NCBI GenBank assembly: GCA_951406725.2
Contig: OX597818.1
Location: 30,566,001-30,630,000 of the forward strand
Length of the DNA: 64,000 bases
Direction: 5' to 3'
Origin: Octopus vulgaris
Taxonomy: Eukaryota
The notes under the pieces are model-generated. The model was not told the origin of the DNA, ran no database searches, and saw nothing but the letters and a program-made list of their open reading frames with translations. Below, one piece after another: positions 26,250-37,338 of the stretch. Both the position numbers and the translations under genes were made by a program. The first letter of the stretch is position 1; each line of letters starts with the position of its first letter.

Positions 26250-26597
26250 TACTCTTTTACTTGTTTCAGTCATTTGACTGCGGCCATGCTCAAGCACCGC
26301 CTTTAGTCAGTCAAATCGACTCCGGGACTTATTCTTTGTAAGCCCAGTACTTATTCTATCGGTCTCTTTTGCCGAACCGCTAAGTGACGGGAACATAAAC
26401 ATACCAGCATCGGTTGTCAAGCAATGCTTGGGGGACAAACACAGACACCCCCCCACACACACACATATATATATACATATATACGACAGGCTTCTTTCAG
26501 TTTCCGTCTACCAAATCCACTCACAAGGCATTGGTCGGCCCGGGGCTATAGCAGAAGACACTTGCCCAAGATGCCACGCAGTGGGACTGAACCCGGA
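26250..26597 (-). mobile_element. SINE family A, 5'-truncated
   Basis: Closely matches 1010-1358. Confidence 0.88.
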
Positions 26598-27292
26598 ATC
26601 ATGGAAATTTTCCACTCCTTCACAAATTCGTGGTCGTATTTTCATGTGTAAGTAGGGATAAATGATAGAAAGTTAGTGTCTCTGTAGTCCTTATATAAAA
26701 GATGTGGACAAGATGAATGAAATTTGTTTATTTGATAGGAAATAGTTCAGTTGACAGTTTTGATTAGAGAAGAGACTTCCTGGCTGAGGATTCGACAGTT
26801 ATTCCTGTCATTGGTATCTTACTGCGTCCAGGAATGTTCTTCCACTTTTGAAACATTGTGTATGACTCATTGCCTTGTCGCTGTAAGCTTGCCTAAATAT
26901 ACTCAATGTCTCTGTAGTAGACTTCTCAACTTTAATTCAAAATTTCACGTTGGCTCTTTGTTCCAACTTCCTGTCCATGTCAAAATGGCAGATTACAGCA
27001 TACACGTGATCGCAAAACACAAATTTCACAACTTGGGAAATAAACACAACAATGTCACAGGGCACACTGCCTCATGAAGGTCAATGCTAGCTCTCACTGC
27101 ACATGCAACCGTGTGCTGCCATTTGTTTGTATGCTACAGTCTGGGAACTTTTTGATACCATCTCATTTGATGTTCAAATTAAAAATACCCATACCATACC
27201 GTAATGAAATAGTGGATGTCAGATATTCAAAACTGAAGTCCAAAATTAATATAAAACATCTTAATTTTGTAATTTTCTTGTTCTCTTTCCAG

Positions 27293-27421
27293 GCCTTTGA
27301 ACTTGTTGGTACACAAGAGAACCGACATGGTTATTTATGGATGAGCACTACAATTATGGGAGGGGTATATTTATTTTTCCTTATTGAAAGATTTCTAAAG
27401 TCAGCATTTGAATGGAAGAAG
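27293..27421 (+). CDS. SLC39A14: ZIP8/14-like exon 4 (TM3)
   Basis: ctctttccag|GCC...AAG|gtaaga; AFELVG...GGVYLFFLIERFLK; 129 nt, phase 0 to 0. Confidence 0.92.
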
Positions 27422-29004
27422 GTAAGATTTTTTTTTTCACTTTCGTATTACTGTAATTATTTCTTAACTTTCCATCTATGTACATTATAGATACATCTGT
27501 TCCATTCTTTTCTGACATTTTATATCTGATAACAATTTTGGCAAGGCAAAATGGTTGTTAAATTGATAATGGTCCTGTCAGCTAGTACATAGTCAGCAAC
27601 ATTCCTTGAGGGTGGTGAGTTGGTAGAATTCTTAGAACATCAGTCAGTGCATCATACAGTATATAGTTAGGTTTTTTTTTAATACTCTGGGTTTAAATTC
27701 TGCTGTGGTTGACCATGTCTTTCATCCTTCCATAGAAGCTAAAGTAAAGTGCTTGTCAAGTACTAGAATCAATATAATTGATTATTTCCTCCTCAAAAAT
27801 TTGTGGTCTTGTGGCCATGGAGAGAATAACAGAATTTCATCAGTTGGCAATCTTTTTACAGATAACTTTTCTTACAAAGTAACTGTTAAATCTATTTCTA
27901 TACATATAATGTAAGGGACTATGAAATAGGTTGTGCCTTAGATTGTGTTAATGTAATCATCAGTTACTGTTTCATTTTAATTGCCTTAAATTCTGTTAGA
28001 CCTATACAAACATGGAAAATTGAACATTGAAATGATGATGACATTTGTGTGGTGTAACTAAAATATGTTGCAATAATATTCAGTGAGACAAAAAAAGTAC
28101 AAATTCACAAGTGCTTCTTTGATTGTTCTGAGTAATTTTCTTAACCCTATAATGCCTACAGTATATATAAGAGCATAGTATTTCAAGAATTATTAAAACA
28201 TATAGAGTCCATTTTATGTACTACTACCCTTTCATGTATATGTATCATGTCTGGCAATGCTATCTGAAATAGACTGGCACTTTATGCAAAGAAAGATTTA
28301 TCTCTTATCCACTAAATTTCATGAAACCAGAGCGTTGCTTTGAAAAGCTGTCAAGACATAGGAAGCCTTATATTAAGCAGTTAGGACAGTGTGTAATTGA
28401 TGACTGATTTGTTAGGTTGCAGTAGTGAGCTTAAATACTTACATGAAATGAGAAGTGATGGTGAGAAGCCATTTCTGTGTTTCATTTTTGAAAGAGGGAT
28501 ATCATTTTCATTGAAGCCAATGGAGCTGAAATTTCATATTGAAATTTAGCTAAGAGTCAAGCAATTAACTCTGTTTTTCACAGTTACATGAAATCATAAT
28601 GAATTTTAAAGAAATACCCTGTTAGGCCCACAAATCAGATTTTATTCTCTGTATTTTGTAATTGTTTGTTTTAGCTGAGGAAAATATTAGAATGAAAGCC
28701 TTTATGCATGAATTTTTAATGATTAGTTAACAATACTAATAAAATAATCAGTGAAAAGTTCTTAAATTTAATTATTACACATTGAATTTGATTGTCACTA
28801 TTGGAAAAATGAAAAAAGACAAACTAATAACTCTTTCTGTTGATGACATTATATTCTATAACTACAACTCGTATATTGACAAATAGAAAACTTATAAAAG
28901 ATTTTTAAAAATATCTACATATTTTTCATAATTTCAGCTATATTCGCAAATGAGTTTCAACTTTAAAGTAATTTTATTGTATTTTGTTTCATCCCTTCTT
29001 TTAG

Positions 29005-29046
29005 AACAACAATGAGGATGATGAAGCAGAATATAGCATGATAATG
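29005..29046 (+). CDS. SLC39A14: ZIP8/14-like exon 5, 42-nt microexon in the TM3-TM4 cytoplasmic loop
   Basis: Strong polypyrimidine acceptor (tttcatcccttcttttag) and consensus donor GTGAGT; open in phase 0-0: NNNEDDEAEYSMIM. Not in the ORF track. Confidence 0.7.
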
Positions 29047-29289
29047 GTGAGTAAACATATTTCATCATTGTCTTAAAATTCAGATGCTTCAACACCAAAT
29101 ACACATTTTAGCATTCTGATATTGTTAACAGTAAGATGTGGAAATTTTTTCTTCTACTATATTCCAGATTCTAAAAACAATTGAGTTTCTGCCCGAAAAG
29201 AAAACTTACTGTAACTCTCTGATTATGTTTTTAAAGCATATTTTTTTCTGAGTGTACATTATGCTACCTTAGTATTTTAGGTAGGATAC

Positions 29290-29580
29290 ACCATCCGATC
29301 GTGGCCGTTGCCAGCCTCACCTGGCCCCCGTGCTGGTGGCACGTAAAAAGCACCATCCGATCGTAGCCGTTTGCCAGCCTCGTCTGGCACCTGTGCTGGT
29401 GGCACGTAAAAGCACCCACTACACTCACAGAGTGGTTGGCATTAGGAAGGGCATCCAGCCATAGAAACATTGCCAGATCAGACTGGGCCTGATGCAGCCG
29501 TCTGGCTTCCCAGACCCCAGTTGAACCGGCCAACCCATGCTAGCATGGAAAGCGGACGCTAAACGATGATGATGATGATG
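29290..29580 (+). mobile_element. RTE 3'-tail repeat (2 tandem units, well preserved)
   Basis: Reverse complement of 17998-18290; ends in (GAT)n. Confidence 0.88.
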
Positions 29581-29812
29581 ACACCAAGCTTTTATAGCTT
29601 AACATTCATGACTTTATGGTGGTTGAATGTGATTGTACTTCTCATTAGAATTAAGGTGCATACCTTGTGAAGATATAGTGTAGAGTTTATATTGTAATTG
29701 TCTGTTTTAGTTTTAAGCATCAACATCTTTTTAACAGCTGCTCCAATTTTGATGTTTATCAAATTTTGTTGCCAAAGTGATTATTACCTGTTTCTCTTTT
29801 GCTCAATTTCAG

Positions 29813-30037
29813 GATAAAAACAAAAACCGCCAAATTAGTTGTCTGGAAGAAAATCCCAATATATCAGATATTGTTTGTTCTGTGAAATCCAAGACTCCTG
29901 TAGACAATGACACTGCAAAGCTGAAAGATCCTTCAAATTATCATGCGTCTGCTAGTCAGTGCACATCAAGCTTGGGTCGAACTAACAGCAGTGAATTTTT
30001 AGATATACAAGCTAAAACTGAAACAAATTGTAATGAT
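29813..30037 (+). CDS. SLC39A14: ZIP8/14-like exon 6 (TM3-TM4 loop)
   Basis: caatttcag|GAT...GAT|gtaagt; 225 nt open, phase 0-0; DKNKNRQISC...TETNCND. Confidence 0.8.
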
Positions 30038-30254
30038 GTAAGTTCAAATCAAATCTTAAAATTATGTAATCTTCCATTTAATACATTATTGTTTAGTATC
30101 TTAAATTTCTATGTGAATATGATCAAGGAAGCAAAGTGCCAGACTATATGCTTTGGTGTAAACTAACTCTGTATCTTTTGTAGGAGTTGATAAAATAAGT
30201 ACAAAATTTTATTTACAATGGACGGATAGGTGTCCTCACCTTGTTTGTTGTTAC

Positions 30255-30298
30255 CACAACGTTTCGGCTGATGTACTCTCCAGCCTTCATCAGATGTT
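30255..30298 (-). ncRNA. Minimal type I hammerhead ribozyme (PLE type), intact core
   Basis: CAU-CUGAUGA-A-GGCUG(gagaguacau)CAGCC-GAAA-CGUU-GUG: conserved core, 5-bp stem II, palindromic AACGUU stem III, short stem I. Confidence 0.7.
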
Positions 30299-31718
30299 CT
30301 GGGGGAATTTCAAACCCAATCCTTTATTTGACTAATGGAGTACTCTCTCCTCATTCCTAAGGTATTCTTTTCTTTTGCCGATATTATTTTTTCTGTAGAT
30401 ATTATTTCCCAAGTCCCTGCCTGGGATCAGACACAGAATCCAATGGTTAGTAGCCTGCGCTCTTATCCACTACATTATATGCCTGTAGGCAATTATAGGG
30501 TGAATTTTTGGGCCTATAAACCTAATATTTTATCTTTTCTTAATAATGGTTCCCATATTACATTGAGTCTGCTTAGGAGATTATTGTTAGGAGGCATATG
30601 TGCTGCCTCTTTTAATTTTCGTATTTTCAAGTGGTGTTCTCTGTCTATTATTTGACTTCATCCCACAGGGGAAAGTGGTCACTGTTTTTCCATACATGAT
30701 TGGCTATACCTGATTTTTCAATATCTCCTTGTGTCACAGCTTTACAATGTTCCTCTACCCTTATTTTAAGGGTGCAGCATGTTTTGCCCTTGTGTAACCC
30801 TACTGCAACTGCATGGGATGGAGTACATGTAATTTTTGGAGGGGTTGGCATTAGGAAGGGCATCCAGCTGTAGAAACTCTGCCAGATCAAGACTGGAGCC
30901 TGGTGCAGCCATCTGGTTCGCCAGTCCTCGGTCAAATTGTCCAACCCATGCTAGCATGGAAAGCAGACGTTAAATGATGATGATGATGATTCTCTTCTAT
31001 GGGTGGTTTTACTTGGAGGAGATATATGCAAAGTGCTGTATTACTTCTGAATACTGTCCTGATGTCATATAGACTGCATGTCTTTTGTATCTTTTCTGAG
31101 AAGCCTTTGACATAGGGTAGACAGACTGCGGTCAGTTTATGGGTTTCATCCTCTCTCCTTTTCCTAATTGGAGTGGATAGTATGTTTTCTGGGTAGTTGT
31201 TGCATAGTAGATTGTTTCTAAGCCTGGTCATTTCTTCATGGTGTGTATCAGGATCACTACTTATAGTCTTTGCTTGATGTTTTAGACACTGAGCAATTCC
31301 TCTCTTTATACTGTATGGCTGGTGGGATTTGAAGTTGAGGTATTCAGTGAAGGTTGGCTTGCACTATACGCAAATGTCCTGAACCAATCCTCAGTGGATG
31401 TTATTAATACAGCCAGGAATATCAGCTGATTGTCTTTTTCCTAAGCAGACCTAGTGCAGATATGAATGTTATATGGGAACTGGTATTAAGAAAAGATAAA
31501 ATATTAGGTCTATAAGCCCAAAAATTCACTCTATAATTGTCTACAGGCATACAGCACAGTGGATAAAAGCGCAGACTGCTAACCCTCGGATTCTGAATTC
31601 AATCCCAAGCAGGGACTTGGGAAATAATATCTACAGAAAAATATAACATAAACAAAAAAAAAATAACCAAAAAAAAAAACCATTAGTCAAATAAGGGGTT
31701 GGGTTCAAAATTCCACCA

Positions 31719-31763
31719 GAACACCTGATGAAGGCTGGAGAGAACATCAGCTGAAACATTGTA
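31719..31763 (+). ncRNA. Second hammerhead copy, stem III mutated
   Basis: CAC-CUGAUGA(31725-31731)-A-GGCUG...CAGCU-GAAAC(31753-31757)-AUUGUA. Confidence 0.55.
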
Positions 31764-32496
31764 GTAACAACAAACAAGGTGAGGACATCTATCCATCCAC
31801 TGTAAAAAAAATGTACATAATTCCTCATCTCAAAAATATAGAATAGCAAGTACAAAACTTTGTATGTAATGAAAAGAAATTAATAATTTCACATTAATTC
31901 AGTATGCATGGAATTGGTGTTGGATATGTTTGCTTCTATTATTGGAAAAAGTATTTGGCATCTGGATATTCTTTACCTTGCCAATGACTTAGTAGTGAAT
32001 AGTATAGGAATGACACTGATCTTCAGTTTGGTAGATAAATCTGATGGCATTTGAACTCGAGACTTTGAGGCCAGTCGTGCAACACCGCATTGGTATTTCA
32101 CACTTCTTAGTTATGTTCATGTTAATTAAGATATCTATCATACCTTATAAAATTATAACTTGATAAGTAGGTGCAGAAGCCATAGAATTTCTGAGATGCT
32201 TCCTCAATGGAATCTTTTGGTTAGTACAGTTAGTCTCCAGGTTGAATTGTTGAAGATTGTTTGGAAGGAAAAATGTGAGAATTCAGTTTTGGAACAGAAG
32301 GATTGTGAGAGGTAATTTTTGTATGAGATTTGGAACAGAAAAGCACAATGTGAGAGAAATATATTATATGATATCTCTTCAGATTTGATGATGATATGAT
32401 TGTGTTTAGGATGATGATGGTGCTGACTACAATGATGTTTATGATATACATTATGTTTCATATTTATTTATTTATTTTTTATTTTTTAATCAACAG

Positions 32497-32701
32497 AACA
32501 GTCGTGGAGATTATAATGACTGCATCATTAAAACAAGTAAAAAGAAACCAATCAAAACTGTTGCTTGGATGATTATATTTGGTGATGCTTTGCATAATTT
32601 TATTGATGGCTTGTCCATTGGAGCTGCCTTCACTTCTTCTGTAATGACCGGCATCAGTGTTTCCCTTGCTGTTATTTGTGAAGAACTACCTCATGAATTA
32701 G
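32497..32701 (+). CDS. SLC39A14: ZIP8/14-like exon 7 (TM4-TM5, metal transport site)
   Basis: caacag|AAC...TTA G|gtaaga; [24 protein letters not shown]...CEELPHELG, the HNFxDG and EExPHE signatures. Confidence 0.95.
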
Positions 32702-33329
32702 GTAAGAAACATTATATTTACAAAATGAAGCAGTGGCAAAAAGTTGAGATACATTTTTTAAAATCAAATATAAGTTGTTTTTTTTATTGTTGACTTGACA
32801 TTTTTAAGAGAGAGCTATGATCAATTGAGTTGATCCGAATTAATGTTAGTACTTATTTTATTGACTCTAATAAAATAAAATGATTTTATTTGAAGACAAA
32901 GATAGCTTCTATGGGATGCAGAAGTTTGAAACTAATTACTGTATAGCATGCAGTCTGTTGATCTACTGTTTCAGCCACTATTGCACTGTTCTTAACACAA
33001 AGTAATATAAAGCAAAAATGTAACTAAATAAGAAATGCCTTAATGATACAAGAAATAATTAAACAAAGGGAATAGTTGTACAGTGGCACAAGACCAAAGA
33101 CCTCTAACAGGATAGGTAAAACAACTTTTTTTTCTCTCTTAGAAACCAATTGCCCCTTCTGTTTTGCCAACCACATTGTTCTAGTGCTTAGTGATTGCTC
33201 ATGTATGCACAGTACAATTTATGCTACATGGTACTTCCTGCTTAACATCTAATATATATTGAATGCTGGAATTTGAAAGCTTGATATGAATTGAAGTTAA
33301 CTATTCCATCTATTTTCTCCACTCCCTAT

Positions 33330-34290
33330 TCCTAGGAAGGTCATAGGAGCAGAGGCCTCAGGTGCTTCCTCCATAGAATCCTCTCAGAATCAATTGTCAT
33401 TATACTTTCTGGATGGATACCCAAATATGACCAACTGAAACTATGGATATTATCCAACCATTTCATTCTTGGTCTACCCCTGGGCCTCCTGCCAGTTGGC
33501 TTGGCTTGAAGAATCTTTCCTGTGATTCTTTCTTACAACTTTCTTATTACATGTTCATAGTACTAGAGCTGTGATTTCTCAATGTGAAGTAGTGGCTCAA
33601 TTGAGAGAGATTCCCTAATCTCCAAGCTTTGCACTTTGTTGAATAACATTACCCCAGAGATTCTTCGGAGGAACTCCATCTTGGCCACTTGTATTAGCAA
33701 TTGTGCTCTTTTGGTCATTACCCAGAATTGGTGACCATAGGTGAGGATAGGCATGAAACCAAACCGAAGATAGCAAATTTGGTTTTTTTTTACCTCCTCT
33801 TCTCTTCTGGGGATTGAATGCTGGAGCTGCCAAATACTATGCCAACACCTGAAATTCTAGCATCCAATTCAACCTCCTGCCTCCCATTACTTGTGAATAT
33901 GATTCCAAGATACTTTAACTTCTCCACTTGCTTTAGTTTTGCTCCACTAGCAAGCAGAGTGCACTGGGAAAACTTTCTTGAGGAGACCAATGCCTCAGTC
34001 TTCACAACACTAATTCTCATCCTTGCCTTGCAGCATTGGGCAGCAAACCTATTTGCATGAGCCATGTAGTACCATGTCTTTAGCCAATATCAACCGACTG
34101 ATCCTACATTCACTGATTGTGATACTACTTCCACATCAGTTGTGCATGTCATTCCAGTTCTTGAAAATTATGAAAAGAAGATGCGACTATACACATTCCT
34201 ACCAAAGTCCAACACCCACATTGAAAGGTTTTGACCTAGCACCATTTACATATATCTGAGCATTCTGATAGGGACTTCACTGCAACTAGA
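33330..34290 (-). mobile_element. Degraded RTE-clade (Expander/Rex3-like) LINE fragment
   Basis: MRISVVKTE...QVEKLKYLG...ELDARI and PILTYGHQFW...MEFLRRISG in broken frames. Confidence 0.75.
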
Positions 34291-34689
34291 ATTTATTAAA
34301 TTTTATAATTTATATCTAAAGTAATTCATCCAGCAAATGCTGCTATGGCAAATGGGTGTTAAGATTTAATTTATGACAATGATGATAACAGAAAGCTCTA
34401 TTCTGGAGAATCACAATAAAGAATATGATTACAGCAGAATCCCATTTGGTCATTGTGTTGTGAGGTGTTGATTTAATCCATCTTGTTGACTAAAATCTTT
34501 CTTGAAATTTTAATATTTTCACGAGACACATCAACTGTATTATCTAAAAGCACTATTTAGGATTGTAATCCTATTTCACAAAGGTAATATCTTAACATTA
34601 AAGATTTCCAAAATGGAAATACACTAACTTTCTAATGAATTTTATGTCAATTATCTAATTGGTACTTCATTTCTTATTTTTCTTTGCAG

Positions 34690-34877
34690 GAGATTTTGCT
34701 ATCCTTTTGAATTCTGGCATGACATTAAAAAAAGCTCTGCTCTTTAATTTCTTGTCTGCTTGTATGTGTTATGTTGGTCTTATATTTGGTATTTTATTGG
34801 CTGAAGTTACTGCAGCTCATACTTGGATATTTGGAGTAGCTGGTGGCATGTTTCTCTATATCTCACTTGTAGACATG
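34690..34877 (+). CDS. SLC39A14: ZIP8/14-like exon 8 (TM5-TM7)
   Basis: ttctttgcag|GA GAT...ATG|gtaaga; [10 protein letters not shown]...[18 protein letters not shown]; phase 1 to 0. Confidence 0.95.
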
Positions 34878-35758
34878 GTAAGAATTCAATTTTTTTTGCT
34901 TTGTTTTTCATCATTAATCAATGGTTTTGTTGGAGTTGTAGCAGTCACAAGTCAATTAGTTGGAATTTGGCATGATGAAGATTGTAAAATCAGAACCTGG
35001 CTAAATGAATTCTATAATGAAACACTGTTGGAACAATCAGGCATTTCAGTGTGACACCATTGTTGAGTGATTAGTAGGACACTTTGAGGTGACACCACTG
35101 TAGTGATTTGTAGGGCATCTCATACTAGAGTAAGGATTACATATCTAAGAAGTAACATATCACTGCCATTTAACTTTAACCATAACCTAGCATCACAATG
35201 ATGTAATTAAATTAAAACTACTATGGTTCTTAACCACAAATACTGAAGTTGTTTATGAAATACATTTATAAAATAGCAAATATTTCTGAATTCAGTTAAA
35301 GTGTTAATTGTTTAATCATTCAGGATTAAGTGTAACTATTCTTCAAATTGAGTGTGACACTCAAAGTTAAGTAAATTTGTCAAAATAGATATAATTATCT
35401 GAAGAAAAGCAAATTTCTCCATCAGTAATAGTAAAGCTATGGTTATTTTTCAAGCATTGGCTTTTATGTATTTAAATATGGCTGTCTTTCAAATAAATAT
35501 TTGTGTAATTTGTCAGGGAATAAAACTTCATCAATAATAAAATGATAAAGAATCATAGGATTTATGTTAAGTCTTTCATTTTCAAATTTCTATTGAAATA
35601 CACTGCTTTTATTTCAGTTAATTTTGCCATTATGAAACTGTTGTTAGGAACATAAATTAACGTACAATTTTGATGGGAGGTTTTAATTTAGATCACTATA
35701 AAACAAGAAATATACATCTTAGAACCAGGGTCAGATTTGTTAGTATCAAAAGGGTTAA

Positions 35759-35980
35759 CCCTTTTGATACCAACCAGGCTGAAACTGCCTCTGGCTTTGT
35801 AGTACAAATGTCTTGTTTTCATAAATTTTGAATTAAAATCTTCCACCAAACCTTAATCACAATTTATGTTCTTAACACTAGCTGAATGATAACTATGTTA
35901 TTTTACTGAATTCTTTGTTATATTTAAAATGAATTGAAAGAAACACAGAACATCTCAACAGAAATATGGTAACAAAAGGG
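35759..35980. mobile_element. piggyBac-type MITE (TTAA TSD), with an inverted partial copy at about 35585-35754
   Basis: TTAA|CCCTTTTGATACCA...TGGTAACAAAAGGG|TTAA. Confidence 0.82.
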
Positions 35981-36389
35981 TTAAAATAATTTTGTTCATT
36001 TGTTTTATCTCTTAAGATTCAAAACCTTAGCTTCTCTCTCTTGTTGAATTTATCAATTTGCCATGTTATCTTACAGTTAGACCAAATTTTATGCAAGTAT
36101 TAGTTCTGTGGTGCATGAAAAGATGATTTCTATATGTAATTGTAAATTGAAGAGAGAATGTTTTGTAGATCTTTCAAACCAACTCCATATTTTTCAATGG
36201 GTATATTTTACATGATGCTAAGTTTTGAAAGTGCTCTTGAAATGCTTTAGGTAGAGGAATTGTTATTATTTGTTTAAGCTGTATTCATTGTTGATGATAG
36301 TGAAGCCAGATAAAGAAGACAGGAGAAACAAATAGAATTTTATTTATTGATAAGTAGTTTACTGAACACGAAAAAAAAAGAATAAAATA

Positions 36390-37338
36390 CTAGTAATCCC
36401 TCAACTATCGCAGGTGTTACATTCCAAACTACACTGCGATAGGCGAAAATCAGCAAAGTAGAAACAGTATTGTATTGTATATTTATCATTATTATTTTTA
36501 TAATTGGTATCATCATCGTTTAACGTCTGCTTTCCATGCTAGCATGGGTTGGATGATTTGACTGAGGACTAACGAACCAGATGGCTGCACCAGTCTCCAA
36601 TCTGATCTGGCAGAGCTGGATGCCTTTCCTAATGCCAACCACTCCGAGAGTGTAGTGGGTGCTTTTATGTGCCACCAGCACAAGGGCCAGTCAGGCGGTA
36701 CTGGCAACAGCCATGCTCAAATGGTGTTTTTTACATGCCACCTACACAGGAGCCAGTCCAGCGGTACTGGCAACGACCTCGCTTGAATGTTTTTTCATGT
36801 GCCACCAGCACAAGTGCCGGTAAGGTGACGTTGGTAACGATCATGCTCGAATGGTGCTTTTTATGTGCAACCGGCATGGAAGCCAGTTAGCTGCTCTGGC
36901 AACGGTCACGCTCGGATGGTGCTCTTAGCGCTCCACTAGCACTGATGCCAATCATTGAATTTGATTTCGATTTCATTTGCCTCAACAGGTCAACACCACA
37001 CATTCACCTCCTGAGTTTCGTTTTCCATACAGTATGTGCAATTCTTTGTTTACTCACCTACAGTACACTGTATTTTCTTTTAAGATATTTTAATTAATGT
37101 GTTATACAGTGCAGCACTGTACTGTATTTTCATTTATTAGTTTATTAATTTTTAGGCATAAAAATGCTTATTTTACCACAGAAATAATTGAAATCTAAAG
37201 AAATATAAATACCTATCAGCTGCAGAAACCCACAATATACTGAGGAGTCTACAATATAAATTTACATATATTAGCCAGAAAAATCCGCTATGTATGGAGG
37301 GCACGATAGGTGAACCACAATATAGCAAGTGATTACTG
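36390..37338. mobile_element. Tigger/pogo-like non-autonomous element with nested RTE tail
   Basis: Ends TA-C(T)AGTAATCCCTC... and ...GTGATTACTG-TA; RTE tail inserted at 36508-36991. Confidence 0.6.
36508..36991 (-). mobile_element. RTE 3'-tail repeat (5 tandem units, about 65-nt period)
   Basis: Unit starts on + near 36658, 36723, 36789, 36854 and 36918. Confidence 0.88.

Larger units (their letters stand above)
30203..31832 (-). mobile_element. Penelope-like element (RT thumb + GIY-YIG remnant) with inverted pseudo-LTRs
   Basis: Minus strand: KPTFTEYLNFKSHQP, LPYVKGFSEKI, YSIPCSC, LKIRVEEH, KSGIANH. Arms 30203-30577 and 31440-31810 are reverse complements. An RTE tail is nested at 30840-30989. 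Confidence 0.88.

Noticed and set aside
32204-32461. His-rich minus-strand ORF that might supply the missing ZIP His tract
   Set aside because: Wrong strand; produced by (GAT)n low-complexity sequence
36650-36945. CRISPR-like pattern of conserved palindromic repeats with variable spacers (also 52571-52890)
   Set aside because: The spacers are homologous to each other, the arrays sit inside dispersed RTE tails, there are no cas genes and the context is eukaryotic
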